Numbered from the stretch's first letter, positions 45,137 to 62,481 are shown. The stretch: DNA of 64,000 nucleotides from Chrysomallon squamiferum (GCA_012295275.1 CM022675.1:11346001-11410000); one strand, 5' to 3'. Numbers and translations: made by a program. Notes: generated by a model not told the origin, from the sequence alone.

Positions 45137-45837
45137 CAGAATAGGGTTTGCGATAACAGTCACTCTAAACTGACGTACACAATATATAACTGGGCACATA
45201 CATTCCTATATATATATTTATATCTTTACACATACACCTAGAGGCACATTTACAAATACATACATAAATACACACACACACACACACACACACATTACAC
45301 ACACACACACACAAAAACACACACATCCAAACAAACAAACACACAAACATACATACCGAAAAACCAACCCAACAAGCATACAATCACACAAAACGCATTC
45401 AGACACAATTTTGTTTCCATTCGTCGCTTCAACACAATGAAATTACAAACATTTTGCTGACATATTCTCAATGAAACTGTGGAGAATCTCGGTTATATCT
45501 TATCCAACTCGAAAACACGCCTCGGTGATTTACTTTAGGCAGTACTAGGAGTTCAAAAGAAACGGCGGCATAGATTCGGGCGACAACTGCTACAGATAAG
45601 CACGTAACCTACATTTAAAGAAGGTGTTTCGCATGCACTTGGCTTCCCCACTCGCTCCGTCCTGTTTGTTAAGCCGTATAAAGTTACAGGTTTAAATACA
45701 GGGGGCGAGAAATGCGCGCACGAACGTACATATGCACGTGCGGGTCAGAAACATATTCATTTGGAATTATCTGTTTATGTATTTGTATACGTATATACAT
45801 ACTTACGTACACCCGTGTGTGTATGTGTGCATATAAT

Positions 45838-45875
<38 letters not shown>

Positions 45876-46734
45876 TACACACACACATGTCTACATGTTT
45901 GCATTCAAACAAATAAATAAATATGAAATGGCATAAAATGATAATAATAAAAAAAAAATAATAATAAAAGACAAAATTAAAAAAAAAAAAAAAAATTAAA
46001 TCAAATGAAACGAAACTTAAATGAAAAATAAAAACTAACTAGATAACTGTAAAAAAAAAAAAAAAAAAAAAAACATTAAAAAAATTAAAAAAATTACACA
46101 TGTAGACGACATACTTTCAACACTCCTTCATTCATAACGGTACACTTCGGGTGTCGTCGTGAATTCAGCAGGCGGAAACTCCCGAGTGTTTTGCCGCCGG
46201 CTTAATGACACGTAATGTCTAGCGCGCGCATCAAGGTCAGTGACTCCTCCTAAAGTTTGTTACAGAGGGCACTTATTTCACCTGTAACGCAATTAACACG
46301 TACGTGCAACACAGAGGACTATCTGCTTAAACAGTTTTATATGGCTGAGAGCGTAAAGGTTGAGAATGGAAAAACTTTGAAAAGATTAAATGGTTCGTAG
46401 TTGTTGTCGATATCTCTGAACGATATTTTTTTATTTTCGAATTTATATTATTATTTTTTTATTATTATTATTATTATTACTGTTTTTAGTAGTAGTAGTA
46501 GTAGTAGTAGAGGTTGTAGTAGTAGTAGTAATAATAGTATTTTAAATTCAATAAAACACAGTATCAGTTTCTCGCACAGACAAGTAAAAATAATATAAAA
46601 CACCAATAACAATAATATCGCGGTTTTTGTAATCCAGTTTTATTTGTAAATCGCCTTAAAATTGTAATATTAAGTTGTAAAGTGTGGAGCGAAATACTGG
46701 GAGAAAATCACTTACATATACATTGTTGTCTGGT

Positions 46735-46876
<142 letters not shown>

Positions 46877-47220
46877 TTATTACGTTTTCTCAATGTTTCA
46901 TTTTCTCCTTATCCATCCATTCATACGTCTGTACATATACAGTAGTAGTAGTAGTAGTAATAGTAGTAGTAGTAGTAGAAGTAGTAGCAGTAGTAGTAGC
47001 AGGAGAAGAAGAAGAAGAAGAAAGGAATAGTAATATAATTATGAATAAAAAGGTTTTGAAAATAACATTTAAAAGAAATTTAAAAACAAGAAACTAAGCT
47101 CACGAGAGAAAATGATAAATAAATAAAATAAAATAAAATAAATAAGAAACATAAAAGAAAATAACAAAGAAAATAACAACAAAAGTAACAACAGTAATAA
47201 TAATAATAATAATAATAGTA

Positions 47221-47286
<66 letters not shown>

Positions 47287-47364
47287 CAAACAAACAAATA
47301 AATAAATAAATAAAAAATAAATAAAGTATAAAAAGAAAAGTAAGGGAAAAAAAAAATTCCCAGG

Positions 47365-47410
<46 letters not shown>

Positions 47411-47464
47411 AAAAATAAACGTCAGAAAAAAAAAAATTAAAGATGAAATAAAATTTTAATAAAG

Positions 47465-47496
<32 letters not shown>

Positions 47497-47780
47497 AAAA
47501 ATCTTTAATTTTTTAACTTGAGAAGTCTCAAACCTAAAACAGTTTCAACTCCCTGTAGACAGTGCACACCAGTGTTACTTTTCAGATTATAAATTAGAAA
47601 CGTATAAAGAGAAGAGAACTCGCCACCCAAGAAGATAATTCACTAGTAACCCCCGTAGGTGCAAATTCTATTAACATATTAAAAAAAAAAAAAATGATAA
47701 TAATAAAATAAAATACTGTAGGGAAAATAAAATTCTTTGTGATGAAATTACCTTGTCCAGCCACAGAATTTACAAATCTT

Positions 47781-47815
<35 letters not shown>

Positions 47816-48253
47816 GCCGGTGCTCTCACATTGTCGGTCGTTTGATTAGCAAAAGATTTCTCTGGTCACGTGGACGACCATGCTTGTTCCGGACACACGC
47901 ACGTGCATTAAGCTGGTTATTATGCTTTTGCCGTGACATCAAAGAGTATTAATGACCTAATAAATATTGTGTGTTTTCTCTTCAGTATTTTAATTGTTAT
48001 AGATGCGAAATGGATATTGAAAACTAAATCAATTTGTCCGAAATATAAGGAGAGAAAAAAAATTAAAACCAAAAACCCCCAAAACATTAGATTATATTAT
48101 AGTATATTACATTACATTATATTACATTATATTATATTATATTGCACTGTATTACTTTATTTTATTATATTATATGTTATACTACAGAAAAGAAGAAGAA
48201 GATTTAGCAGTTTAGAAATTAGAATCTTAAAATACACAAATACACAAGCACCA

Positions 48254-48284
<31 letters not shown>

Positions 48285-48486
48285 CGCACACACGTCAACA
48301 TCTGTTGGTATGTGAACACAAAGCAATCCTAAAGGCATCTAATATAAATATGATTGATTCACATACCGTGCAATACATGTTGATATTTAACAATAAAATA
48401 TTAGTCTAAGCAGTAACATGTATATATATATATATATAGTAACATAAATAAAATTGAGAATAAAAATAAAAATAAACAATTATTTC

Positions 48487-48524
<38 letters not shown>

Positions 48525-48761
48525 ATAATCATAATAGAAATAATTTACTTTAATACATTAATTCCTCAACAGTCACAAACACAGTTTAATTTATAATCAA
48601 AGATATAAACCTTCATCAAAGTTGTAAATGTAGAGAAATACAAATAAATACACACACACACACACACACACAGACACACACACACACACACACACACAGA
48701 TACTCATATACTCAAACTCTAGTAAAATGCCAACACATTCACATTAACTTGATTATTGCAA

Positions 48762-48806
<45 letters not shown>

Positions 48807-49005
48807 CGAAGTAAATCGTCTACATATTAACAAGTATCAGGCTAAAATAAATTTTTTTCTATCAAAACATTACATTTAATTATGTTTTTACAGCTGGCAA
48901 AATGCACGTGAAAACACTGAACAAATACGTTTTATATGTATACGTACGGATTCTTTCGTCTTGTGTGTTTTAGTATTGTATTCATGCGTTTAATAACAGG
49001 CAACA

Positions 49006-49037
<32 letters not shown>

Positions 49038-49564
49038 AAATTACTTACCAAATGTACTTCCAATCAGAAAAATATAATTAACCCGTATTTGAAAATCCGT
49101 GAAATTGAAATGAAACTCTTAAACGTATTCTAAGTTTACAACATCCATCCTTGCTGGTGCAGGATTATGTGATAATGTTTTTCTCAGTGCTATTTTTCAT
49201 TTGCATAATTAACAGATTACTGTGACGAAATGGGAGATACAGAAAGAGAGAGAGAGGAGGTGAGAGAAAGAGAGAAAGGGTGAGAAAGAAAGAAAGAAAG
49301 AAAGAAAGACATTGAAGAGCGAAGGAAGACTGAAAGAGAGATATAGTGTTGATAAAGAGATAAAGAAAAAGTAAGAATGTTTATGTGTTTGTCTGTGCTT
49401 ATGTGTGTGTGTGTTTGTGTGTGCATGTGTGAGTGTGTATGAAATAAAAAGTCGAAAATAGAAAGGAGAAAGTCTGTATGTTTATAATTATTAGCGTTTG
49501 TGAGTATGTGTGAAAATAGGGTGTGTGTTAATGTATGAGAATATATATATATATATATATATAT

Positions 49565-49599
<35 letters not shown>

Positions 49600-49610
49600 T
49601 ATTGCTAGCT

Positions 49611-49698
<88 letters not shown>

Positions 49699-50588
49699 TG
49701 AGCCTAACAGATTATAATAAACAGATTTACAATATAACAGATACACACACACACACACAAACTCAAACAAGACCTTGAACTTATAAATGGCAGTGGTGAA
49801 GTCGTAAAGTAACGCAACATTCAACCCTTCGGTAAAGGCGGCCCCCTTTGATCTGTGAACGAGGCAGTTAGGCAAACCGTTTTCGCCAAGCTCGGCTTTG
49901 TGCGCACGTAGAAACGGATTTTGCGAGGTTTACATTATATCAGTTGCCAGCGTAACATTGCCGCAACCAAAGGACTGAAAGGCCATAAGAATCTGGAGCA
50001 TTAATCTACAGAGTTTCAAATCCTTCCTGTTCATTTAGTTGTTTATGTTGTGCAGTTCCCCCTTTGCTTCTTTTTTTTTTTCTTCTTCTTGCTTTTAATA
50101 GTGCAAAGAGAATTTCTTGGAATGGGTCTGAATTGGTTTCTGGGTATTAGTACCTCTCTTTGAAGGTTTGGAAATGAAGACTAGTCTATTCACGCCCAGG
50201 GAAAGTTTAATACCAACTGTGAAGAAATTAAAGTAACTAATAGTCGAGTTAAAGGTACTAAATTTATATCATTTAAATTCTTAACGGCCACATTGGTAAA
50301 CCCCGGGAGTTATCATTTTCTTTGAAAATGGAAATTTAGAACAGTGGCGATTGATATGTGGGGAAAAAGTAACTAAAACGAAAAAAAAAAAAAAAGTAAA
50401 GAAAAACTGCTTGGTAAATGGAATTTTATAAAGAAAAAAATATATATAGAAGGAAAGAATGAAAAGAAGGGAAAGAAGGAAAGAAGAGAAAAATCGAAAA
50501 AAAGAAATAAGATGAAATGAAAAAGAAATATATGTATTTGCAATTTCTTCAGTTACACACACACACACGCACACTCAATGTAATAGAG

Positions 50589-50623
<35 letters not shown>

Positions 50624-50632
50624 ATCTATATC

Positions 50633-50684
<52 letters not shown>

Positions 50685-52096
50685 GATAAACATACATATG
50701 TATACATACATACATACATACATACATACACACTCATATTACTATTCGTTTCGCTTTATTTTAATTTTTATTTTATTCTGTTATGTAACTTTTTTTTAAT
50801 TTTTAAATTATAAAGGGGCGGTTTAAATGGGAAGAAAGCAATAATGTAAATTTAAAATGTTGTCAGGTTACATATGTATAAATTGTCGAGTTAAATGAAA
50901 CGAAATTACACGAGAAACAGTCTAATTTTCTGCTATGTTTTTTAAAACTTTATTTTAAAAAAAAGGAGAATATAAAAGGTTTGATCTTCGTTTTTTTTTA
51001 TGAAGATGAAAGAAAACGGTAAATTTAAATGGTTGTCCTTTCTCGTTTCCAAAACATGTTGACTGCAAATGTAAGCAGATTAAAATTGAATTGAATTTAA
51101 AATTTAAAAAAAAAATTTAAAACATTTTTTTATTATTATTATTATTTTTTTTTTAGTAATTATTTGTTTTTCTAAATAGGTTAAGGTTTAAAAATATATT
51201 AATGTTTAAAAACAGAATAAAAAAATCTTAAAGAGAAGATATATATATATATATTTGTTTTCTTTTTAAACTTGATATATATGTACTTATATATAATTAT
51301 AAAAAAGAAAAGAAACATATCGAAGAAAATGAAAGCAAAACAAAACAAAAAAATAAAAATTAATAAGAATAATAATAATAACTGAAATGAACTTGAAATT
51401 AGTAATTCATTAAGAAACCGGTTAAAAAAAAATATATATTAATTTAAATTGATATGGACGATTATAAGAAACCTCCGTTCTGTTATCTGATATTTAATAA
51501 AAAGCGAAAAAAAAAATAATAAAAAATAAAAACTTCAGGAAATATCGAATTTTAATTTACCTAAAACGTTATTGGATAGCTTTGCGGAGAAACAAGCATA
51601 TTTTAAGATGAGCTTAACTGAAAAAAAAATAAAAATAAAAAGTTGCGCGGTAGTTCTTCAATGCTTGTCTATTAGAGTTTAAGAAGAAAGAAAAATAATA
51701 TTAAAGTAAAAAAAAAATATTATTTCGTTTCAGGTGAAAATTAATATCTAATTTCGATGTCATTGTTTCGTTTTCATTAAATTAGTTACCCTGAAGCTAC
51801 GAGAAATTATTCATCTCTCTTTTCTGTTGTTCTTTGTTTCATTTCAAGCATATTATTAATTTCTTTATTTTTTTGACCAAGGTGGAGATTAAGCGATGAA
51901 TTTTTGTTTTAAAAAAGTCCAAGAAGGTATTGTTTTTTTTAATTTATATATAAAATAAAAATTGGTACGTAAGGGAATACAAAGCGAATAGATTAAGCAA
52001 AATAAATATATATATAAAACCAAATAAACAACAACAAACAAACGAAAAAACCCATAAAAACAAACAAACAAACAAACAAATAAATAAATATGCAAA

Positions 52097-52127
<31 letters not shown>

Positions 52128-52188
52128 CAAATATAAAAGTAGAAAACTTAAACTGAATACATGCATTCGTTTAATTATGAGATGTAAA

Positions 52189-52219
<31 letters not shown>

Positions 52220-52499
52220 TAGATAGAGAAAGGATTTTATTATTTCAGTGTGCAAATATATTTTTCTTTTTAATTTTTTTTTCTAATATGACACTGTTCA
52301 TATAAACTTTTAAAATATCTATTGATCAAACTCTTGAAAATATGTAAACCAGTCTCAAAATAAAGATAAAGATAATATTATATGTAAAAATAAATATATT
52401 TTGAAAATAAGAAAAAGAAATCGAAACAAATAAATAATTGGATTGAAATAAAAAGGATCAAATAAAGCAGACTATTAATCGAATAAATAAATAAATAAG

Positions 52500-52546
<47 letters not shown>

Positions 52547-52630
52547 AATTGCTTTGCACAGATCGAAATATCTTTGTATTAAGGAACGGTCGACACAATT
52601 CGTTTTTATAATTATTTAACTTTAGTTCAA

Positions 52631-52670
<40 letters not shown>

Positions 52671-53576
52671 TTACTTAATCATTTTAATTATCATGTAGTT
52701 TTTTTTTAATTTGATTTACAATGATAATATTAATCAATATGTCTATTATCACATCATCATCATCATCATTTTCCTCTTCACTTTCATAACCTTCGTCAAC
52801 ATCGTCATTAAAATCATCATCATCATCGTTCACCATTATAATTTGTACAGTTTTAATTACTTTGACACTCATTATCCAGAACAATAGCATAAACAACAAT
52901 ATTCCCCTCATTAACTGTTCTCACCACCACCATCATCATCATCATCGCCATCATCATTACAACTACAATTAACGTCGACAACGGCGTCAGCAGCACTGTC
53001 ACCATCGTTATCCAATCCATCCATTCCATTCATTGTCATCTCGCTCTACGACAAACCCTGCCATTAAAACGGAATAAATCTGACGTCTAAATCTTTCGTC
53101 CCAAATACACACCTTTTTTACTACCACCTCGTAATAACATCTACCTGTACATACCGAGACGCAGCAGAATTTATTTCCGTGAAATCTACCGTCGTTAAAT
53201 CCCTATCATTGACAAATGGGGTAAAAAAAAAAAAAAAAAAAAACACTTTTTTTTTTTTTTTTTTTTTTTTTGTTCCCCTTCATTGTCTTCACAATAAAAA
53301 AAAATAAAATAAAACCCGCCTATCAGTGTTAATGCTGTAAACAATGTATAAAATGTGTTATAAAGTTGTGACGGAACTGAAGTTTCTGCTGGATATATGG
53401 TTTTTTTATCACCGCTGTGATGCTGTATACCCTAAGTATACATCTGAGCTTACCGACTGCTATAAACGTGGTTAAAGCTAGTGTGAGAGTGTTGTAAATT
53501 AACTTTGATTTATATTAATTACAATTATACGTGTGTACCTACAGGATAGATTATATAGATAGATAAATAGGTATTT

Positions 53577-53865
<289 letters not shown>

Positions 53866-54617
53866 TCTATTAAAGAACAATCTATGTAAATGAAATATAT
53901 TATTTATTTATTTGTTTGTTTGTTTGTTTGTTTGTTTGTTTGTTTGTTTGTTTGTTTGTTTGTTTGTTTGTGTTAACATCTATAAACTTTTATGTTAACA
54001 TCTATAAACTATTCCGTACGTTACTTAAGTAAACACAATTATTTACGTACACTTTCTCTCACTTTCTCGTGCAAAATGTCATTCTGAAAGAACACAACAA
54101 CAACAACGCATTACCAAAGTAACGTTAATGACCAACCACCCCCACCTCACCTCACCACACCTTACTCCACCCACCCCGCCCACCCCAACCCCACCCAAGT
54201 GAAGCAAAAACAAACTTCGGTTTCTCCTTCATAGAAACCATTCGAAAAGTAGATAGCACTCAATTCTCCGTCGGTGAATTACGCACAATTAAGACGGAAC
54301 GCGGTACGGCTCCGAATTATATTTCCCACCCAAACCTTCAACTTTTTTCTAATGTCCGAAGCGGATTTTAAACCTTTTGTCAAGCGCTAATAACGGGTAT
54401 TACCACACACTCGGACCAGGAGAGCGCGGAATAACAACAACGGATTCGGATCGCCGGTCGGGTTGGTGGGGGATGGGGGGCGTTGTCGCGTGGACCGTTG
54501 AACAATACTCAGGTGTTCACAGACAATAGAACAAGACGTAGACTATAAAATAATTTCGTTTAAAACGACCGGTTCGTCTTCAAAGAGACCGGGGCCAAAA
54601 ATTAGAGACGTTTGGTA

Positions 54618-54653
<36 letters not shown>

Positions 54654-56807
54654 TCTGCCCACCTTTTTTTTTTTTTTTTTTTTTTCTCGTTTAAGTCGAA
54701 TCTGTGAGATATGACGTTGTTATCTGATATGTTGTGGGTGTCTTGTTTTTTGTGGATGTCTTGTTTTTGTTTCTTTTGTTTGTTTCATTTTCTTTCCGCA
54801 TCATATATCAAAGTAGCAAATATCTGTTTGTGTGTTAAGAAAGTAAGTGTGTTAATAATTAAAAATAAAGTGAAATAAATTGTAATAATTTTTTTTTTTT
54901 TTTATCCTTCGTTCAGATGTGAATCGATTTCTGTTTTATCTTTGTGTGTGTGGGTGTGTGTGTGTGCGTGTGTGTCGTTTATTATTAAATCTTGATGTCT
55001 TTCTTTTTATTTTTCGACTTTTTGTGTGTATTTATTTCTTTCTCTGAATTTGCGTATCTATCATATATAAGAATCGTACACTTACTATTTCTGTGTCACT
55101 TTATTTGTAACAATATTTAATTTTAATTTTAATTTAATTTTAATTTTAATTTTAATTTTTATTTTAATTTTAACTTTTTATTGTTTATTTATGCATTCAT
55201 TCATTTGTTTATTTATTTATCTACCTTTTTATTTCTAATTTATCTGTCTATCTTTCTTCCTTTTATTTATTTATTTATTTATTTATTATTCATTTATTCA
55301 TACATTTCTTTTGACATTTTCGTATTTTAATTCCCACGTTGTATTTTTATATTATATTATTTTTTTCTTTCTTTCTTTCTTTCTAACACAAATTCTTGGT
55401 ACATTTACTTTTATTATTTTTCTTATTATAATTTTTCTTCATTCTTCAAACCCTTTAACAAAAAAAAAAAAAAAAAAAATCCTTAAAGTTAAATCTTTAT
55501 TACGACTACTTCAGAGAGGAAGGTGGACATCAAAGGCATGCAAACGGGCTGTTTTACCACAACCTCACAAAAGATTATTAACATATGGATGAATTCACAA
55601 CAATACGTCTTGCGATGGAGCTATGCGGTCGTACGCTAGTCGTAAAGGAACGACTTGAGCGTATTTATGTAAATTAACACGCTGACATAAGATTATTGTT
55701 GACGACAACGATAATCCTGGATATCGTTTCAGTTAATGGGCAAGCTCGGTGTACCCCTTCATTCTGAAAGAAAAAAAAGACGTGACCATTTTGTAGCCTT
55801 GACAATAAGTGCGGCACGGAAAAGTTTACAAATCTGCTTAGATACGAGAGTCGTAACAGGACAACGCAAATGCTCTAATAGTCGTCGTTAAAATAAGATG
55901 GAAAAAGTCATTGATTCAGGCCCTCCAATACAAACCAGTACCCTATTTGTATTCTTTTTTTTTTTTTTTTTTGTTCTTCTTTTTTATATATAAAGCACTC
56001 TGTTATGGCTTTTTTTTTTTTTTTTTTTTTTCTTTTTCTTTTTCTTTTTCATTTCCTTGAAAGAAAAATCTTTCTTATTTTATTTTTATTTTATTTTTTT
56101 TAATTCTATTTCGTCTTCAACAAACGTGATATGTGTAAGAAGGCGGTTCACGGCCCGAGTTTCGTTTGATGTTTTTCGAGTGGTGCATAATTCCTGTAAA
56201 CGTCTCATTGAAAAAGCGTCAATGGGCAGCGATTATTTGCACGATAGTTCTCCATATAAACCTTTGAAGTGTACAACACATTCTGTTAGCCAACAATGGA
56301 ACGTTCACTTTATCTCGGAGACCTCATACAGGAAACTTCTTTGCTTCAGTAAAAAAAAAAAAAAAAAAAGGTTTGTTGAATAACTCTGCCGACTCGATTG
56401 AGCGAAACCGTGCCTTTTGACACCATGGGAGTCACGAGAAAAAAAAAAAGAAAAGAAAAGAAAAAGAAGTTGATAGCGTGTTCTTTTTTTTTTTTTTTTT
56501 CTTTTTCTTCAAATGACACCACGACTCCGTGTCCCTAAAGAGCGACTATTCAGTGAACACGGGGTTTACAGAAATCAAAATCTGATTTCTCTCAATGGAA
56601 GGGCAAAACATTGAGCCGGTCTCCCGTGGAGAGCTTTTCAAACCTCTGACAAGCTAAAGACGTTACGGGTGATGCTCGGGTAGGTCCATTGGCCACATCG
56701 CGGGTACTCTAACTCGGGAAAGACTTCTTGTTTTCAGCTTCGATGATCTTTCGCGCCTCTAAATGGCCAGCGACCAACAAAAGCAAATGGCTACTTAGGA
56801 TCCCTCT

Positions 56808-56842
<35 letters not shown>

Positions 56843-57069
56843 GACAACACTAACAACCAAATTAAGAAAATACAACAGAAAAGAAAGAGAAAGAGAAGAA
56901 AACAACTAAAGAAATAAACTGGTAGAAGTCTGTTAGAAGGATGCGGGTAATGACTGAAGTGGAACGTGGGTGGCGAAAGATGATGGGGGGAGAGTGTGGG
57001 TGTGGCGTGATACGTTGAGAGTAAGAAAGTCTTGGAGTGAATATACCAGCATATATTTCAGATAAGCAT

Positions 57070-57420
57070 ATATGTAATATAATATAAATAATATAATGTA
57101 ATGTAATATAATATAATATAATGTAATGTATTCTAATGTAATACAATATAATGTAATGTAATGTAATGTAATATAAATGTAATGTAAAATAATATAATGT
57201 AATGTAATATAATACAATGTAATATAATAAAATATAATACAATGTAATATAATATAATATAATTTAATGTAACTAATATAATGTAATGTAATGCAATGTA
57301 ATGTAATGTAAAGTAATGTAATGTAATATAATATAATATAATATAAGATAAGATAATATAATATAATATAATATAATATAATATAATATAATATAATATA
57401 ATATAATATAATATAGTATA
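57070..57420. repeat. (TAATA/TAATG)n pentanucleotide satellite
   Basis: Direct reading. Related tracts occur at ~14870-14965, ~29435-29600 and ~48100-48140. Confidence 0.9.
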
Positions 57421-59414
57421 GTATAGACCCAGGCACAAGCTATCGTTCATGTTCTAATTCTTAAAGAGCCTGATTTTTGTAATTCATGAATTCTGTTTCT
57501 AAAAGACTTAACACGGCAGATTGTTCTGTTTATTCAGTAATTAACAAGCGCTATTGCATGTAGAAATAAACACGAACGTAACCCGAGTTTAAAGCTGTTT
57601 TAAAAAATTTCAGATTGAATTTATCAACGGGATCTGTTCTATTTGCTTTTAAAATAAATAAAGTTAATTAACAGTCAAAATACGCAAATACCAGAATAAA
57701 TGAATATGCTAAAACAAATGTTAAAATCGAGTTGACAGAAAGAATTACGATATATATTATTTTATTATAAACACACTTTACATACATACATACTTACACA
57801 CATACGTACATAGGTAAATATACTGAAATGAAGAAAGGAAATAAAATTCGAATGAATGAAATAGAAAGGATGAAAAATTGGAAGAAATCAAACAAGCGAT
57901 ACAATCATTGTAGATAGATAACTGATAATAATGTCTATATCATACGGTTAAAAAATTAGATAATTTCTTGTACAAACAACCCAAATCACACAAAGGAGAA
58001 AAACAAATTATGCATTAAAAGATTACTTTACAGTGCAAATTCGTTTGATAATTCAGTAATATAAACAATGGAAAGAAGCATATGGGAGATTTTGTAGCAG
58101 ATGTGGAGAAGAAATGAAGAAATGTTGTTGTTGTTGTTGTTGTTGTTGTGTCGGTATTGCCGTCGTTTTCTGGTTATTGCTATTGTTGTTTTTGTTTGCG
58201 ATGATGACGATGTTGATGCTCGTATTTTTAATCATCATCATCATCATCATCATCATCTCGTCATTATTATTATAACTGTTGTTATTAGTATTATTATTAT
58301 TACTGCTAACCGGTATTTTGATGTTGAATATGAATAATAAGAACAAGTACGACGATGATATTAATGATAATGATGATAATAACAATAATAATAATAACAA
58401 TAAAAAGAAGAAGAAGAAGAAGAAGAAGAAGAAGAAGAAAAACAAGAAAAAAAAGAAAAAAAAAGAGACAAGAACAACAACAACAATTTCGTCAACAACA
58501 GCAACAATAACGACACATTTTTTTTTTTTTTACATTTTTTTATTTATTATTATTATTATATATATTTTTTTTTTATAATATATATCATTAATCTCATCAC
58601 CACAACAAGCCAAATCTACAACAGGGACCGATATTAATTATCACCCAACTCAACAAAACTTTACAAAGCAATATCGGCTTTATGTTAATCACCATGCAAA
58701 TTTCGAAATCATTTATCATTACTCAGTATCACATTGGTGAAGAATGTGCCGCTATTTTGTTACAATCCCGGCATTTCTAACCCGTGCCGAACAATGCGGT
58801 CACGCAAGACTACAACACCGTCAATGTAGTCGCTGAAGTCGGTGTCGCAACTTGTTGTTACAAACAAAAAGAGACGTGCTAAAGAGGAGGTGTCGGATAT
58901 CTGACACACATCAGTCAGAAATCGTGTAATGATGTATTGGAAACGGGATAGTTTTTATCAAATTGTTCTCGGCTGATAAATTGTTACCGGTTCACCACTG
59001 TGTTTATGTTTGTGTTTATGCAAGTGTCTGAGGAGGGAAAGGGGAGGGGGGAGAAAAAAAAAAAAAAAAAAAAAGAAAAGAATAATGTAAAAAAAAAAAA
59101 AAAAAAAAAAGACGGGGTAAAATACACAAGACGAAACAAACGAAACGAAAAAAAAAAAAAAAAAGAGAAAAAAAATTTGATTATTTAAATTTAACGTAGC
59201 GTGGCAGTTCAGCATCAGTAATTGACAATTATTTACATTTTTTTTTTTTTTTTTTTAAATAAATGTTCTCTCTATTGTATTATAATTGCTATTATTTTTC
59301 TTCATCATTCATGTGTGTTTTCTTTCTCCATTTCTTTCTGTCTTCATATTAACACGCCTATCTATCTATTTCTCTCTATATATCCATCTATTTACGCACC
59401 TGTCTACCTACCTC

Positions 59415-59465
<51 letters not shown>

Positions 59466-59632
59466 GTATGTTTGTCTGTCCCTATTTATTTTTCATTTGT
59501 TTGTTTATTATGTACTTACTTATTTGATTATTAATTAATTTATTTATTCATATATTATCTCAATTATTTTATAATTTTTTTTTCTCCTTTCCTTCTTAGA
59601 AAATAACATTATAAATTTAGAGACAACAACAA

Positions 59633-59666
<34 letters not shown>

Positions 59667-59689
59667 TTTATATTTATTATTATTATTAC

Positions 59690-59723
<34 letters not shown>

Positions 59724-60130
59724 TTTATATTATTATATTATTATTATTATTTTTATTTGAGCTTTCCTTCACTTTAATTTAGCCAAAAACGGGTAACAAG
59801 ATCACCTCAGGCTGGTTTTGTTGCTTGTCAAAAGTTTGTCGTGCAGAAAACATCATCCTACTCGAATGACGAAGGGAAGTCACTCTAAGTTGTAACATAT
59901 ATCCGCCTCTTTGTAAGCGGTTAGCTATAATTGTTTGATTTACTGCAAAACGCCATTTAATCTTGCTCAAATCCGCCAATGATGACACCGTCCTGTAACA
60001 GAAGAGCGCACTGTCGACAAACTTGTAACAGATACTCGAGCACAAATCGGATCCGAACAAAACGCGCAGAAGTCAAAAAATGTAATACTATTATACTAAT
60101 TTTTTTTTTAATTTTTTTTTTTTTTTTTTT

Positions 60131-60182
<52 letters not shown>

Positions 60183-60317
60183 AACTAAACGTTTAGCTTG
60201 TTCGTGCGGTTAACCAGTCGGTCACGTGGGTTTAAACAACGATTTGACCAACACGATTTGTTTTATATTCTCCGACCCCCCGACGAGTTGGGGTAAAAGA
60301 CTTGGGGGATGGGACAG

Positions 60318-60433
<116 letters not shown>

Positions 60434-60798
60434 GGATGTCCGTGAATCTTGTAGATCTGTGTTGTTCAGGTGTGGCGATTTCAGAGACAAACAGGCATCG
60501 CTATTTTTCTTTTTTTCTTTCTTTCTTTCTTTCTTTCTTTTTTTTTTTTTAATATGATTTTTTTATATATTTTTTTGTTATTGTTGCTGTTAAGATACTA
60601 TCGAGAAGTCAGTGTGGTGTTTCCTATTACAGCTAAATGATAATGCAGACAGCCTTTTTAGATATAATTAATGTATCTGCAGAATAAAATAGTAAGAAAC
60701 AATTCTAAAAAAGAATGACTGAATTGAAAAAAACAAAAAACATTTTTTTGCTTTGTCCTCAGATATTGTTTAAGCCGTTTGCAAGCATACTGAATTAA

Positions 60799-60829
<31 letters not shown>

Positions 60830-60858
60830 TATTTTATAAAATAAAATAATAATAATAA

Positions 60859-60889
<31 letters not shown>

Positions 60890-61068
60890 AAGAAGAAGAA
60901 GAAGAAGAAGAATAAAAACAAAAAAATAAACATATAAATGAAATAAAATGACAAAATGATATTAATAATAATAATAATAGAAGTAATATATAGCTCGGTT
61001 TAAAATAAATAAATAATAATAATAATGAATAGAAGAAGTTTAAAATTTGTAACCTACACTTTTTTCTT

Positions 61069-61238
<170 letters not shown>

Positions 61239-61287
61239 AATGTAACAAAGAATAACTTAATAATAATTATAATAATAACACTTAAGT

Positions 61288-61319
<32 letters not shown>

Positions 61320-62250
61320 CAGTGGTAGTAGCAGCAACAACAGCAGCAGCAGTAGTAGTAGCAGTAGTAGTAGCAGTAATAAACACAAAACAACAAAAAC
61401 TCCAAAAATATGACTTTCTTGTTCTAGTAATCAATAATTAGATAAATAAATAAATTACTAACCAACCAACTAACTTAACTAAATAAATAAATAACTAAAT
61501 AAATAAATAAATGTAATTAATTAAATAAATGTGGTCTTTCTCTCTCTTCGTTCCTTTCATTCACAATTTCCAAACCTGGAATCAGTCTCGTTCAACAGAA
61601 GAATTTCTTCTCCTCTTCTTCTTTATTAGTGCTCTTCTGAGTAGACAATAAAACGCAATGAAAACTCGGATCTTTTATCTCGAGAGGCAGATAGATCGAT
61701 GACTGCATCGTTTCCTTTCGTCCAGGCGATGCAGTACCAGAATAAATCAGTGTGCAGTGTTTGCACAATGTTTTAAGGGGCCCTCGTCCAGCTCTAAGTC
61801 ATTCGGTTATCTCCCTTCCACGTTTATGTTTCTTTTTGAAGTCGGGCATGCGCAGACGAATTACGACGTTATATCGCCCGATTATGCACACTCGCTGATT
61901 GCGTAAACTGCATGTTTATGAAGGGTGGGCAAACAGGTCATAAAATTTAGGGCTGCCCGTGGATAAAAAAAAAAAAAAAAAAAAAAAAATGGTTCATTGT
62001 CTGTTTGAACTTTGACCCCCCCCAACTTTAGCGAGATCTATTTTTTTTATTATTTTTTTTATTTTTATTTTTTTAAATATTTTTAACCCTTTAATATTTC
62101 GTCCATGAAACGGAGAATGATTTAGCGTGAGAAAAGGTTAAGAGCAAAGGCTACTGGTGTAATCTTGACAATGGGATGAACAGAGGTTTGATGACGTCAT
62201 TGTACAGGATTATAGAGTAGGGATAAAAAAAAAAAAATGAAAAAAAATTG

Positions 62251-62285
<35 letters not shown>

Positions 62286-62481
62286 ATTTTTAGCCTTTAC
62301 CGAATACACTCCAATGGTTAACACTAAACAGGGTTTTTGCAGAAACAACGTACAAGGAACACGCGACAATCCGTTATAAGCTTTATAAGGCTTATGACTT
62401 TTCCGCACGAATAATAAAACAGGAAAATTATCGATAAACAATTTTGTTGAAGATTTCTTTATTTATGTTTATTTTCTTCCG

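Noticed and set aside
45695-45710. CAGGGGGCG, CTCF-like core
   Set aside because: The 5' half (CCAC/CCAG) of the CTCF consensus is missing.
59779-60060. 93 aa complex-looking minus-strand ORF
   Set aside because: No recognisable similarity and no convincing splice sites. More likely a non-coding island.
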